From: Eledone cirrhosa
Taxonomy: Eukaryota
NCBI GenBank assembly: GCA_964016885.1
Contig: OZ024740.1
Span: 394,816,001-394,880,000, forward strand
Reading direction: 5' to 3'
DNA: 64,000 bases
Shown: piece after piece, positions 40,337 through 52,932 of the stretch
Layout of the letters: the number at the start of each line of letters is the position of its first letter
Numbering within the stretch: position 1 is the first letter of the stretch
Notes under the pieces: generated by a model
The model's database searches: none
Seen by the model: the letters and a program-made list of their open reading frames with translations, nothing else
Told to the model about the DNA's origin: nothing
Position numbers and translations under genes: made by a program

Positions 40337-41235
40337 CCGTGTTTCCCCCATTATAAGCCACCCCGTAGCACTATATTTCAGGATGGATTTAATACAAACC
40401 ATGCCCCGAAAATAAGCCGTAGCAAAAATTAACGCCAAAAGAAAGAAATGGCCAGCTATGAAAATTTGCGTAATCAGCCATTATAGAACAGAATTGTATC
40501 TTAATGTAAAACTAACTGATAAGCGGGTGTATAAGAAGTTTGTTGAATGCGTGGAAGTGAAAAAAAATCGATCATGAAATTAACGAAAGGAAAGGGGGAA
40601 GTGCGTGCAATCAATATTATTTATGCAAATGCGGGTACAAACTTATCAGTAACTTCAAGGGAGAAGATCATTTTCAGCCCTAGACAAGATGAAAGGAAGG
40701 AAGAGTTATACAGTCGAGTACAAGAAAGGAATTGTGGAGGAATCACTGGGCAAGTATCTTACTATTTTCTGCAAAGAAGAGAATCTGGATCTCCGAAAGG
40801 TTCAAAGATGGAGAATGGACTACGATAAACTCAATCAGGACATGGACGAGGGAAATGAAAAGAAACGTAAGCGTGAATCTGGTCGACAACCAATATTTCT
40901 TGAGGTGGAAGACGTCATCTGTGAATGGATTGCTGAAAGAAGAGCCAGAGCTTTGGTTGTTAACAGGGCTGATATTCAAACATTTGCTCTTACAAATGCA
41001 CTAGAGTTTGGTATATTTCCAGAAGAATTCAAAGCATCCAAACACTGGCTGGATAATTTCCTTCAGCGACACAAATTTTCTCTGAGAAGATCAACAACAC
41101 TTCAACCTTGACGATACTGAAATTATTAAACGTGCACTCGCATTTAAGTCTTTTGTTGATGGAATAGACTTTTCTAACTACCGTCTCTCCAACATGATTG
41201 CTATAGATGAAAAAGCAGTATTCATAGGTCAAAGC
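40337..41235 (+). mobile_element. 3'-truncated pogo-family DNA transposon
   Basis: TA|CCGTGTTTCCCCCATTATAAG terminus followed by a transposase fragment. Confidence 0.8.
40689..41235 (+). pseudogene. pogo transposase fragment (Brinker-like DBD plus CENP-B HTH; frameshift before the first catalytic D)
   Basis: RKSYTVEYK..GRQPIFLEVEDVICEWI..FKASKHWLDNFLQRHKFSLRRSTT, then NMIAIDEKAVF in a shifted frame. Confidence 0.85.
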
Positions 41236-42349
41236 AAATTCATGGGTAGATACATTATTATTGCAAAAAAAAAAACAAAAAAAAAATGGCTTGGCTGTAA
41301 TATGACGAATATGTGTGGCTGGAATATCTTTGTTTGAAATTCTTGTCTCTTGGGGCTGCTCTGTGGTTAAATAAGACTAAGAACACTAAAACATGCTCTG
41401 CACTGCGTAGAAATGCATCAAAGCTGTTTAGTGCCTTTCCTCCGTGAACACGAAGAACTACATAAGGAGTACATACATAAATCACACGTCACATTTATAC
41501 ACACACACATATATATATATATATATACACATGTATATATATGTGTGTGTACATGTGTATATATACATATATATTGATAGTTTTTTAAAAACAACATGGT
41601 GATTTCGTGGATATATGTATTTGTGTTGGGTAACAAAAATGTATTATTGCTTGCTCTTCCCACATTATAAATAATCTGGCAAAACGATATCACCTTCATC
41701 ATATGTTGAATCCTTGACATATAACTTACAAATTTCTCAACAGAAGCAGATAACTTCACCCCATCGGAAGACGTTATCTGCTTTACATCGCTGTTAGAGG
41801 GCTTCCCATCTGTTTATAGTTAGACCAATTTCCCCTCCCAATATGCCAGAAGGTATCAACTCTGTGTGTTGATATAGAGTAAAGGAAGAGAAGTAATGTA
41901 CAGTTGGACAATCATTTTGATATTGATCTCTATATTTCAGCGGGAATGTTTGTGTTAGCTTTTGATAAAATAATAAAAACATAGAGTATATTTCGGTCAA
42001 AAACGTTGTCTTTTGCAGCATGAAGAATATTGTATAAAATAAGCTAATAAAAAATATTATTTCAAGGAAAGCTGGTAAATGGTAAATTGTTATACTTTCT
42101 GACATACGCTACCTTTTACACATTAAGCATTTCGAAGTAGCGGTCTTCTCATCATTACTTTGATAATTTCGTCAAAAGAAGCCCATGCATTGTCGATGAG
42201 GTTAGAATAAGACCGAAACATTTTCAGGTCTCTCTCTCCCGTACATACCGAAAACAAAATGAGTATGATAATAATCATTGACTAATATTTATTAGTTGGT
42301 AAGGGTGAGTCCTTTAATTCCTTCCTTCAGGGAAACATTATTCAATACA

Positions 42350-42890
42350 GAAAACGTGATACATAGGTTGTAAGAACAGTGTCCAGGAAACAGAGGAGCA
42401 GAGTGGTATATAAGTGAAAGGTAGGCGGATGTCTATAGATGACGGTGCCTCAGAGCCAGTAGGGTTGACAGCAAGATATCCCATCTGACCAGCTAAACCC
42501 TACCCTTCCACAACAGGTTAAAGAAGAGATGCTTCAATCGGGAAACTTCGGTAAGACACGATGATCATGTGGCAGTATATAACGAAGTCGACATATGTGT
42601 TAGATACCTCTTTCCCCACCTTTCTGAGATAGATTCCACTTAACCCATTTCTGGGTGAAGTTGGCTATAATACTCGTAATGTTGAATTCCCTTCGAACGA
42701 TGCTGACACCTCGATTTCCCTGTTATCCGACACCCTTACGATGACGATGTCCTCATATGCTTATTTCGAGTGTGATACTCTTTAACACTTTTAGTTTCTG
42801 TAGTAGTGGCTCCAGAGTCAAGATATACGGAAGGGATGAGAGAGGGGACCCTTGACGACAGAATGCCTGATTCAAAACTGTTCTGGAAAG
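42350..42890 (-). pseudogene. Tx1/L1-clade RT remnant
   Basis: RQGSPLSSLPYILTLEPLLQKL, degenerate YADD (AYEDIV), and LFFNLLWKGRV. Confidence 0.65.
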
Positions 42891-42969
42891 TAACAAATTA
42901 ATTTGACCACAGAGCGGATACCAATCATCACCTCCCCCTCCCTCCCAAGTCCACCACCACCCCCACCAC

Positions 42970-43112
<143 letters not shown>

Positions 43113-43560
43113 TGAGGCAGTCATCGAGACGCATTCCAAAGACTCCTATAAGATACGAACTTTTTCAAATAATCTGGATGGATCCCCAAGAGGGAACATT
43201 CGAGCTTATGTATGTAATCCAACCATCTTGCTCATGGTCTACCTCAGGGTCTCCTGGCGGTTACCATTACTGTCAAATATGTCCAGCATTTCTTTCCTGA
43301 GACATTCTAACTACATGTCCGTCCTTAATACCGGAACTAGAGTCTCACCATGCCAAGATGCAGGTCTCTACTTGAACAACTCTATGGTCTACCAGTTAAG
43401 CATTGTTTCGAGTAACGTTACTACAAAGACCCTCCACAGGAATCCTATTTTGGTTTCTTGTATTCGTGATCGTATTCTTTTGATCATTCTAAGATCCAAT
43501 ATCATAGGTAAAGAGAGGCCTCGAATACCGAATTGAAGATAGCGAATTTGGCTTTTAGCC
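43113..43560 (-). pseudogene. RTE-type LINE 3' remnant
   Basis: RIRSRIQETKIGFLWRV and RP*GRP*ARWLDYI motifs. Confidence 0.6.
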
Positions 43561-43881
43561 ACAGAATCAAAGACACACAGACACACATACACGCCCGTGC
43601 ACACACACAAACATATTCACATACGCTCAAAATATGTTTGTCCTGCCATTGTTTCACACTTTTAACGTTAGTAAAGCTTTACAAATTGGTTGAAATGAAG
43701 ATTGTAAGCTACAATTCAACTCACCACGTAAATTTCTCAACAGACATCCATCTTTTCACAATACATAATACACCTTCATACAGCCAGTAATTATATCTGG
43801 TTTCTTTCAACGTGATCTCTGTCATGGAAGATGCACAAATACACCCCTCACTTACATTCACGCCCCACCATACACACACGC

Positions 43882-43920
<39 letters not shown>

Positions 43921-43938
43921 ATGTGTGTGTGTGTGTGT

Positions 43939-43985
<47 letters not shown>

Positions 43986-44402
43986 TGAGTCTGTGTGTGT
44001 GTATATGTATACGCGCTAGTGTGCAAACGTATAAACAAGGTTGACAGAAAGACATAATTCATTTTGTCAGTGGCAAAATGTAAAAAAAGAGATTGTTTAA
44101 AAAATTATCATCTCCAGGTTAGAGTGTCAACCCCAGAGGCCTTAATCTACGAGATTTGTCACTGATAACAAACCACACACATCTATGAAAATACTCCCCC
44201 TTACACGTATACACCCTCAGACACACACATAAATTGTTGTATACAGAGATAAAGAGGGAGGGAGAGAGAGAGAAGAGACTGTGAGACATATATACATATA
44301 TATAACACGTGCTTCTGAATGCAATTTATCAATGTTTCTTTTGGCACACACACTCATTCATACATATGAGTGTGTATGTGTGTGTATGTGTGGGTATGTG
44401 TG

Positions 44403-44486
<84 letters not shown>

Positions 44487-44501
44487 TACATATATATATA
44501 A

Positions 44502-44556
<55 letters not shown>

Positions 44557-45344
44557 TATACATATATATATATACATACATATGTATGTGTGTGTGTGTG
44601 TGTGAGTGTGTGTGTGTGTGTGTGTGTGTACACCAAGATAAGGAGACCGCAACATTGATAAAATTCTCAGGACCTCTTAGAAAAATTATCAAATGCCAAA
44701 CCATGTGTTTGAAAACCAAAACTGCGTGCGTATTTGTATGTTTTGCGCAAGTATTTGTGTGTGTACCGCCTGTGAATATTTATATATATCAGTATGTGTG
44801 TGCAATTTAAAATCAAATTATTACGTGTATGTATGGTTTTATTATTTTTACAAATGCTTGTTTGCATATGTTTTAATGCAATTATTTTTCCTATGCGTCT
44901 CTTTATGTTTATAACTGTAAATGTCTTCATGCAAATGTGTATAAATGTGATTGAATCTTTGTGGAATAATTATGTATCTGAGTCAATAAAAAAAGAAAAT
45001 GGTTCCTCCATCAGTTCTGATGATGTATATTCCAGTTCTTCGAACTGAACTGAATAACATTAAATAACAGTCTAAGTGTCTGAGTGAGTATTTCACACAC
45101 ATTCTACACTTAGGCAGAATTACTGGAACACAGTGTGTAACACAGCCTGTTTTTGCATTACAGTTTCAGTCCGTCTGCCGTGCGTCCACAATTACTCTCC
45201 ACTTAATTTCAACTACAAGACGTAATTCGACCCGAATTCATAATAACGAACACAAACCAAAGATGTCACGATGTGAGATCCCGGACTGGTCGTCAAGATT
45301 GCAAAGCGTACTTCTTAGCCCCTCAGCATTATTTACGCACATAT

Positions 45345-45348
<4 letters not shown>

Positions 45349-45440
<92 letters not shown>
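45349..45440. repeat. (CT)n microsatellite
   Basis: Direct reading. Confidence 0.95.
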
Positions 45441-45443
<3 letters not shown>

Positions 45444-45479
45444 GTGCAAGAGTATTTCATGGGATAAGCTTTACTTTGC

Positions 45480-46030
45480 CACATCAATTGGCATACAAGT
45501 GATGGGATTCCTTCAATTAGTTGAGTTCTATTTTTCGGTTTGGATACCAATACCAGCTTTCTGAGTATCTCAAAGTTTTCAGTTTGTGCAGTAGTGGCTC
45601 TACATTCAACAGGGCCAAAACGGAACAAACTTGGCTGAACAGGTCCATGATGTTGAACGAGTTCGAGAGGTGTTCATTCACTCTAACCAGAGACCAGATG
45701 CTGCTGTGCATATCAGCGATTCAGCCTCAGAAAATGGGGTCAAAGCCAGTTGATTTTGAGGACCGCAGCCAAGTACTGATGGTCGATCCTATCGAAAGCT
45801 TTCGATTGATCGAAGTTGATCAGTGCCCCACCCGTGCCAGGTTATTAAAAGTTCTTCACTACGAGTCTAAGACCCTGCATCAGTTAGCCTCCCAATCTTC
45901 CACACTTACAAGTCCTCGACCTCCTACGTTCCGTGGGGTACAGGGCCTGATGATATTTGCCTTTGGGTGCAATGTACCATTGTTAACCATCTTCTTATGT
46001 TAGCCTAGCCTACTTCTTCTTTGGTCCAAT
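45480..46030 (-). pseudogene. Tx1/L1-clade RT fragment
   Basis: ALINFDQSKAFDRIDHQYLAAVLK (RT motif A) and SLVRVNEHLS..EPLLHKL. Confidence 0.75.
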
Positions 46031-46036
46031 TTGTGG

Positions 46037-46423
46037 GAAATGAAATTTCGTTTCATTTTTTCCGTTTATCGTTTTCGGTGCACCCGGCCGATTAACCCAC
46101 TCGATATGCAAATTGGGCTACTCAGCCGTTAATATGCATAAGGTAAGTATATACGTTTAACAATCTGGCAGGAAGGTATACGTTGCTGACGATAGCTAAT
46201 AAGCTTAAAACTAGTACAGCGTTCCTTTGTCAGTGTTGAGCAAACGAGCAACGATGGTTGCTAGACACTACGGCTTAATACGGGATGTTTGTTTACAAAC
46301 ACATCGAGCATTATAATAAATGTTCAGTGAATCCATACGTACATATATATATGTGTGCATGTATGTATATATATATACATACTACTGTACGCCTGTATAC
46401 ATATATGTATGTACGTATACATA

Positions 46424-46430
<7 letters not shown>
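46037..46430 (+). mobile_element. Second copy of the retrozyme-like repeat, with a mutated hammerhead
   Basis: Colinear with 2019-2400; CTGACGA at 46186-46192, but GAAA is changed to AAAA at 46207. Confidence 0.7.
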
Positions 46431-46458
<28 letters not shown>

Positions 46459-46705
46459 GGTAACAAGTTATCGTTATAGGTAACGATATCCAGTTAGAGG
46501 TTGTGAGTACACTGCGTCGTGCGTACTCTGCGTCTATTCTGAGTTGGTCAGAGGTGAATAATGTAATGGAGATCGAGTGACGCAACTTCCAGCGATTAGC
46601 GACCTCTAGACTCACCTGATCAATGAAACAATTGTCAGTACCTGAAATAAAGACCCTTATTGTACAGCCAACCATGTTACTTTTCATTCTTTCACTATAT
46701 ATATA

Positions 46706-46767
<62 letters not shown>

Positions 46768-46774
<7 letters not shown>

Positions 46775-46998
46775 ATGTATAATAAACAATACAATATAAT
46801 TACCTCATTACCAGAGGTTTCCCGAATAAGACGGATACAAGAAACGAATGCGGACGTTTCTTGTATTCGTCTTATTCGGGAAACCTCTGGTAATGAGGTA
46901 ATTATATTGTATTGTTTATTATACATAAAATATTTAGCTCTGTAACTTACATAGAGCACTCTTCATTGCTCCGACTTCTTCAACGGAAACTTCAATAT
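46768..46998 (+). mobile_element. Short hairpin-plus-tail insert, family B
   Basis: ~79-bp arms 46768-46846/46855-46933, 8-nt loop, tail to ~46998; GAAA-CCTC..GAGG-TA hammerhead 3' half at 46880-46900. Confidence 0.75.
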
Positions 46999-47043
46999 TT
47001 TCTTCCATGTACTGTGGCGTTGTTTTTTTATTTTTGTTATTAC

Positions 47044-47123
<80 letters not shown>

Positions 47124-47548
47124 GCACGGATATTATATGAACATATCTCACCATGATGTTTTTGGTGAAAGTGTACCTATAAGTAAGTATATGTCTATGT
47201 ATGTGAACTCATATAATTGGGTGTGTGTATGTGTGTATCAGTGTGTGAAATGAAGGAAAGGGAAAGGAAATAATCTCATGCCATTTGTTTTGTTTGTTAT
47301 TTTGTTGTTGTTGTTTTTATCGTTGACAAGATATGTCGTCGCGTATTGCGAACATAAAAATGTCAACAAGAGGTAAATCAATGAAAATTAAATAAACTGC
47401 CGACGGTGGCGGATGAAAAAAGAACGAAAATATCAGCTACAAACATTAAGATGAGAACAATAATAACAAAACAAGTTAACTTATATATCAACATCTAAAG
47501 TAAATTATCTAGATGTCCACCCTACTCACCAATACATCTGCATAAATA

Positions 47549-47631
47549 CAGAGTGTGTAACCGAGACTGCAACGGCATGTGTGTGTATATAGATATATAT
47601 ACATGCCGTTGCAGTTTCGGTGCACACTCTG
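47549..47631. mobile_element. 83-bp Tc1/mariner-type MITE
   Basis: TA|CAGAGTGTG..CACACTCTG|TA with ~32-bp TIRs around a short microsatellite. Confidence 0.65.
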
Positions 47632-47645
47632 TATTTATATATATA

Positions 47646-48002
47646 CTAGCAGATGTACCCGGCGTTGCTCGGGAAATGAATGACAGCCTGAATTGTTCAA
47701 AGTCGTTTATGGCTTAGCTAGCAATTTCTGAGTGCATGTTAGCTTATGTCAGTTAATTGGCTAGCCAATGAGATGTCGCCTCAATAGCACGTGCCAAATC
47801 GGCCTAGTACTTCAAAAGTTAAAAGGAGCCTAGTATTTGTACAAAAAAAATCGATTTTTCGGCCCCAATATTGATTTCTTTCAAATTCGTTTTTGTCCAA
47901 AACCTGCTCTGGCATATAAGCAATACGTATGCCAAATTTGGTTGAAATCGGCCTAGTATTTGTACACACACACAGAGACCGACTTGCTTTTATATATATA
48001 GA
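47646..48002 (-). mobile_element. Non-autonomous Helitron
   Basis: Minus strand A|TCTATATATATAAAAGC ... CCCGAGCAACGCCGGG-TACATCTG-CTAG|T. Confidence 0.85.
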
Positions 48003-48005
48003 TGA

Positions 48006-48117
<112 letters not shown>

Positions 48118-48376
48118 CAAGAGCATTCTTAAACGACTCGACCAAATCAAATCAAGTTTTACAAACCCCGGGATTAACAACATGTAATATTTATTTTCAG
48201 AACATTTTATCTAAAATAATCAACTGTAGTCAACTATATGCAAACGACATTTTATAACACGATGACGTCACATTTTGTATATGAATGTGTAGGTGTGTGA
48301 GTGTGTGTGAAAGTGTATGTGTGTGTGAATACACATACATTTCTGTGATGACTGACCATCTTCACCAGAGAAATAA

Positions 48377-48407
<31 letters not shown>

Positions 48408-49189
48408 CACACACACACATACATATGTGATGACTGACATGTAAAGGTGTGTGAGTGTATGTGAAAGTGTATGTGTGTGTGAGTGTATGTACATTTCTGT
48501 GACGCCTGACATAACCAAACGCCGAGGATGAAACTGTGTGTGTTTGTATGAATGTATGTCTGTGTTTTTTTTAAAAGTGTATGTTTGTGTGAGTGTATGT
48601 GTGTCCGTTTGTATTTATATTCTCTTACCGTTAAATTAGCAGTTTATACATTTGCTTATATTTGGTTAATTTCCACTGCATACAAAAATAGAGATTAATA
48701 TTTATTTCTTTTGAATATGGATACTTATTGGTTTTCAATATTGAAAAAGATTCCTCTCATACTACAGCTGTTCCATGTGAATTTAAGAGGCTTCAATTTC
48801 CAGTCAAACTAAGTTTTGTTAATTCAATTAACAAATCTCAGGGTAAATCCCTCAAAGCAGTTCGACTTGATTTCTCTATATGTTTCTCCCACGGTTAACT
48901 CTACATTGGTTGCTCAGGAGTTGGAAGCACTAACAAAAAATGACACAATGAATAATGTTTACCCTGAGGTGCTTCAAGATTGACAGATTTTCATTTCTAA
49001 ATTCTATTATCATTACAATTTTGATATTTTTTAATAAAATATAGATATTTTGAAATAATTATGAGAAAAAATATATATCTTCATATGTATTGCTTACTAA
49101 TCTGAATAAGAACAGCAGTAACCCGGGAAACGCCTGGTCGTTTAGCTACTATATATATATATGTGTGTGTGTGTGTGCGTGTGTGTGTG

Positions 49190-49264
<75 letters not shown>

Positions 49265-49265
<1 letters not shown>

Positions 49266-49575
49266 GTCATATCTGTATAAACTCACTGAACGGAAAAAGA
49301 TGGTTATCAGCACAAATGTGAGTCGAACCCATATGGGCTGCTGACGTTCTGATTTTGTGGAGGGGCTCGACGGTCTGGGGTCGGAAGGCACCTGAGGTCT
49401 CGACAACGACTGGTACCAAGAGGAAGCGGTCGGACAAGCTCTGGTATTTGCTTGTCTTGCTGACATCGTCATTGCGGGCCGCGGTAGCGGGGTTTGTGTC
49501 CAAAGCGACTAAGCTGGAGCATCATGTAGCGTCCCAGATGAGGAATTTATCTCCTTTGAATGGGAAGAAAGGCCA
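49265..49575 (-). pseudogene. CRE-like RLE-domain fragment
   Basis: FPFKGDKFLIWDAT..KTSKYQSLSDRFLLVPVVVETSGAF; related to 7497-7775. Confidence 0.7.
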
Positions 49576-50228
49576 GCTGGTTTCTTGTCGAATGTTTATT
49601 TTTCTGTTAAAAAAACTGTAGAGAATGATTTGAGGAATTCTTTTGTTACTTCGTGTAGCGTGAGTAAACTTATAGAGGTTACTTATTTTTGTTGATATTA
49701 TTGTTATTGTTGGACTCTTAATCGATCCAATATCAAGCAAATTTAGGATTAAAAACGTTCTTTTGTGACTATCCAAGTTTACCTTTTACCACCTAGAATG
49801 TGTTTCTAGGATTATATTATCAAATATGTCCTTTTTTATTTAAGACCGTAGGATTGGATTTGGGGGAGATTTCATTGCTGTTTCTGGCAGATCAATGAAA
49901 CATATAACTTATAGGAATTTCATTTCTATTTTCAGACATCTGTGCATTTTAATCAACAAAATAGAAATAACTTATCTGACAGTCCTTGGAATTCAACAGA
50001 ACTCAGGAAAAACATTTTAGAATATTCTGCATTTACACGATACAATCTCATATATGTAATATACCATGAGCCTCTATTTGTTCTAGGTCTTGATGGAATC
50101 GTAAGGGCACCGTCATGACATATGGCGTTTGGAGAAGGGGCAATTAAACATGGCTCCGCCCATCCTCGCTCTGTCTGTCCACAGTTGATTTCTTCCAGAG
50201 AAGAGAGAAGATAGAAAGATAGAGAGAA

Positions 50229-50271
<43 letters not shown>

Positions 50272-50295
50272 ATATTAACAAATGGAAACTATATT

Positions 50296-50395
50296 TATAA
50301 AACCATATTTATTTTATTATACATATTTCAAGGGCCACCAAGGCAAATTATGGTGCGCTTTCATCAGATAAAATACAATACAGATTAGTTTTATA
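50296..50395 (-). ncRNA. Hammerhead ribozyme, inverted-arm copy
   Basis: Mirror image of 50503-50602; TCATCAG at 50361-50367. Confidence 0.7.
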
Positions 50396-50502
50396 AATAA
50401 ATAATGACATACCCTGAAAAAAAGACAACCTTAACGGTTGGAGCTTCCAGGAAGCTCCAACCGTTAAGGTTGTCTTTTTTTCAGGGTATGTCATTATTTA
50501 TT

Positions 50503-50602
50503 TATAAAACTAATCTGTATTGTATTTTATCTGATGAAAGCGCACCATAATTTGCCTTGGTGGCCCTTGAAATATGTATAATGAAATAAATATGGTTTTA
50601 TA
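50503..50602 (+). ncRNA. Type I hammerhead ribozyme
   Basis: CTGATGA 50531-50537; stem II AAG..CACCA/TGGTG..CTT; GAAA 50569-50572; TATGTA-TA; long AU-rich stem I. Confidence 0.75.
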
Positions 50603-51052
50603 AATATAGTTTCCATTTGTTAATATATTGTATATTTACTCCAATAATTTGTTGAGTGCTTTATATCAGTTATAAAAATATTTTTAAGCTTGTTGTATCC
50701 CAACAAATGAAATATAACCTCTGCATATATATATATATATGGAGAGAGAGAGAGACAGAGAGAGAGAGAGGGGGGGGGCATAATATGATTGAGAGAAAAG
50801 GGGATATGGACAAGAAAAATTGACCTCAATGTTAGACAAGGACTTTATCAATTTCAAAAAAGAATGAAAGGAAATGTTGGTGTCGAAAAGCACTTCAAAC
50901 GATTCTGCCAATTACCTGAATTGGGAAATTACAATTAACAGAGATTATCTCAGTAATTAGTAAACAAAATCTTGGAAAACTCAAATAATGTCAGGCACAG
51001 GTGTTCGCAAATGGGAACTATGCTTGTTCTCCTTCACTCATTTATTTGGGTT

Positions 51053-51272
<220 letters not shown>

Positions 51273-51385
51273 AGTTATATTTAAAATTGTTGGGTTACAA
51301 CTAGTAAATATTTATAACTGATATAAAAGCACTCGACAAATATTTGGAGTATATTTACAATATTAAATAAATGGAAAACTATATT

Positions 51386-51484
51386 TATAAAACCATATTT
51401 ATTTCATTATATATATTTCGGGGATATCATATTAACAATATGCTATGCCTTCATCAGACAAAATACAATATAAACAGTTTTATA
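51386..51484 (-). ncRNA. Hammerhead ribozyme in the 3' pseudo-LTR
   Basis: Reverse complement of 59162-59260; TCATCAG at 51451-51457. Confidence 0.75.
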
Positions 51485-51828
51485 GATAAATATATTCGAC
51501 ATACCGTAATAAACATCAACTTCATTTGAAGAGGTTTACGCTAGCAGTGAAAATACAGAGAGAAAGAAAGAGAGAAAGAAAAGAGGGAAAAAAAAAGAAA
51601 GAAAGAAAGACAAAACGAAGAAAAGGAAGAAAGAGAAGAAAAAGAAAAAGAAGAAATGCATGGAACAAAATAGAGAGATGGAAAAATAGATAAAGCGAAG
51701 AGCTTCATGTAAAGAGACAGAAAGATATATATATATATAGAGAGAGAGGAAATAGAGATAGATACATATATATATATAGAAAATTAGGTAGTGGGAGGTC
51801 ATTTTGAGTAAGTGTATCAATGATACAT

Positions 51829-51867
<39 letters not shown>

Positions 51868-52932
51868 GCTCAAGTATTAATGTAAGGGAGATATATAGAG
51901 AGATATAGAGAGATATAGAGAGAGAAAAAAAATTTAAAAATAGCCAGACATATTCGAGGCGTAGAAAACCCTATGTTTTAATGTATTAGTATTTATAAAA
52001 CTTACACTATATTGTAAATATCAGTATTCCTGAATGAAACAAGTATTCACAATGTGTGAAAATTCATTATCTTATGTTTAGTTTTAAAAAATTCATATGT
52101 CTATGTGACAGCTATAAACATCAATGTGAATCCAACTGATTCACTCCGCAAACTCTAAGTTACCGGAAAACATTCTCAATGTGGTATAAAAATTTGAGCG
52201 TATTATTATTCTTGCGATTACTCTACAAGATTATCTATCAAGCAGAAATAGAGAGCAGATTTCAATATACTAATCGAAAATATATATTATATTATAAACA
52301 AAGATAACAATAATAATAATAATAAGTAAAAATATATAAAAATATAGAATAGAAAACTAAAAAAATATTACGAAAGAATATTACATAATAAAAATATTGC
52401 ATATTAAAAATACTACGTATTAAAAAATATTACGTATTAAAAATTTACATATAAAAATTTTAAAAATAAAATAAAATAAAAAATAAAAATATTATAGAAT
52501 ACTACAATACTAAGAATAAAAATAAAAATAAAAATAAATAAAAATGAAAATAAAAATAAACCACAAAGAACAACCCTTCAAAGTTAATTGACAATATATT
52601 GCCAAGTTCATTACAAGACAAAGCCAAAAATTATCTATCAAATCACATCTAGCAAAGAATATCGCAAAAAAGATTATGATGTCCAATAATGTCTACATAT
52701 GTTCCTATATTTAATATAGAAGTTTATCTAGTGTAAGGTTAATTCAAAAAATTTGGAGCATCGGCTTTTAGGGTAGCTTAATTTTTCATGAGGAATGTTT
52801 AGATAAAAATAAAAATAAAAAATAAATAAAATAAAATAAACAATAAAAAGAGTAAAAAGAGGGAATCAAAGATTTAGGAATCAAAAGATTTATCGGCTAG
52901 TTCACATATAAATACAAATCAAACTAAATATA

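Larger units (their letters stand above)
50263..50724 (+). mobile_element. PLE pseudo-LTR foldback insert (373-bp palindrome plus 89-nt tail), sister subfamily of the 51-59 kb element
   Basis: Arms 50263-50448/50450-50635 centred on 50449 (one mismatch seen); tail 50636-50724 homologous to the reverse complement of 51271-51355; (TA)n on both sides. Confidence 0.9.

Noticed and set aside
41640-42230. Unique sequence with faint glycosyltransferase-like spacing on the minus strand
   Set aside because: No conserved catalytic motif and multiple stops; likely chance.
49120-49150. Degenerate Helitron 3' end (CCCGGGAAACGCCTGG..CTACT)
   Set aside because: Terminus mutated and 5' end not locatable.
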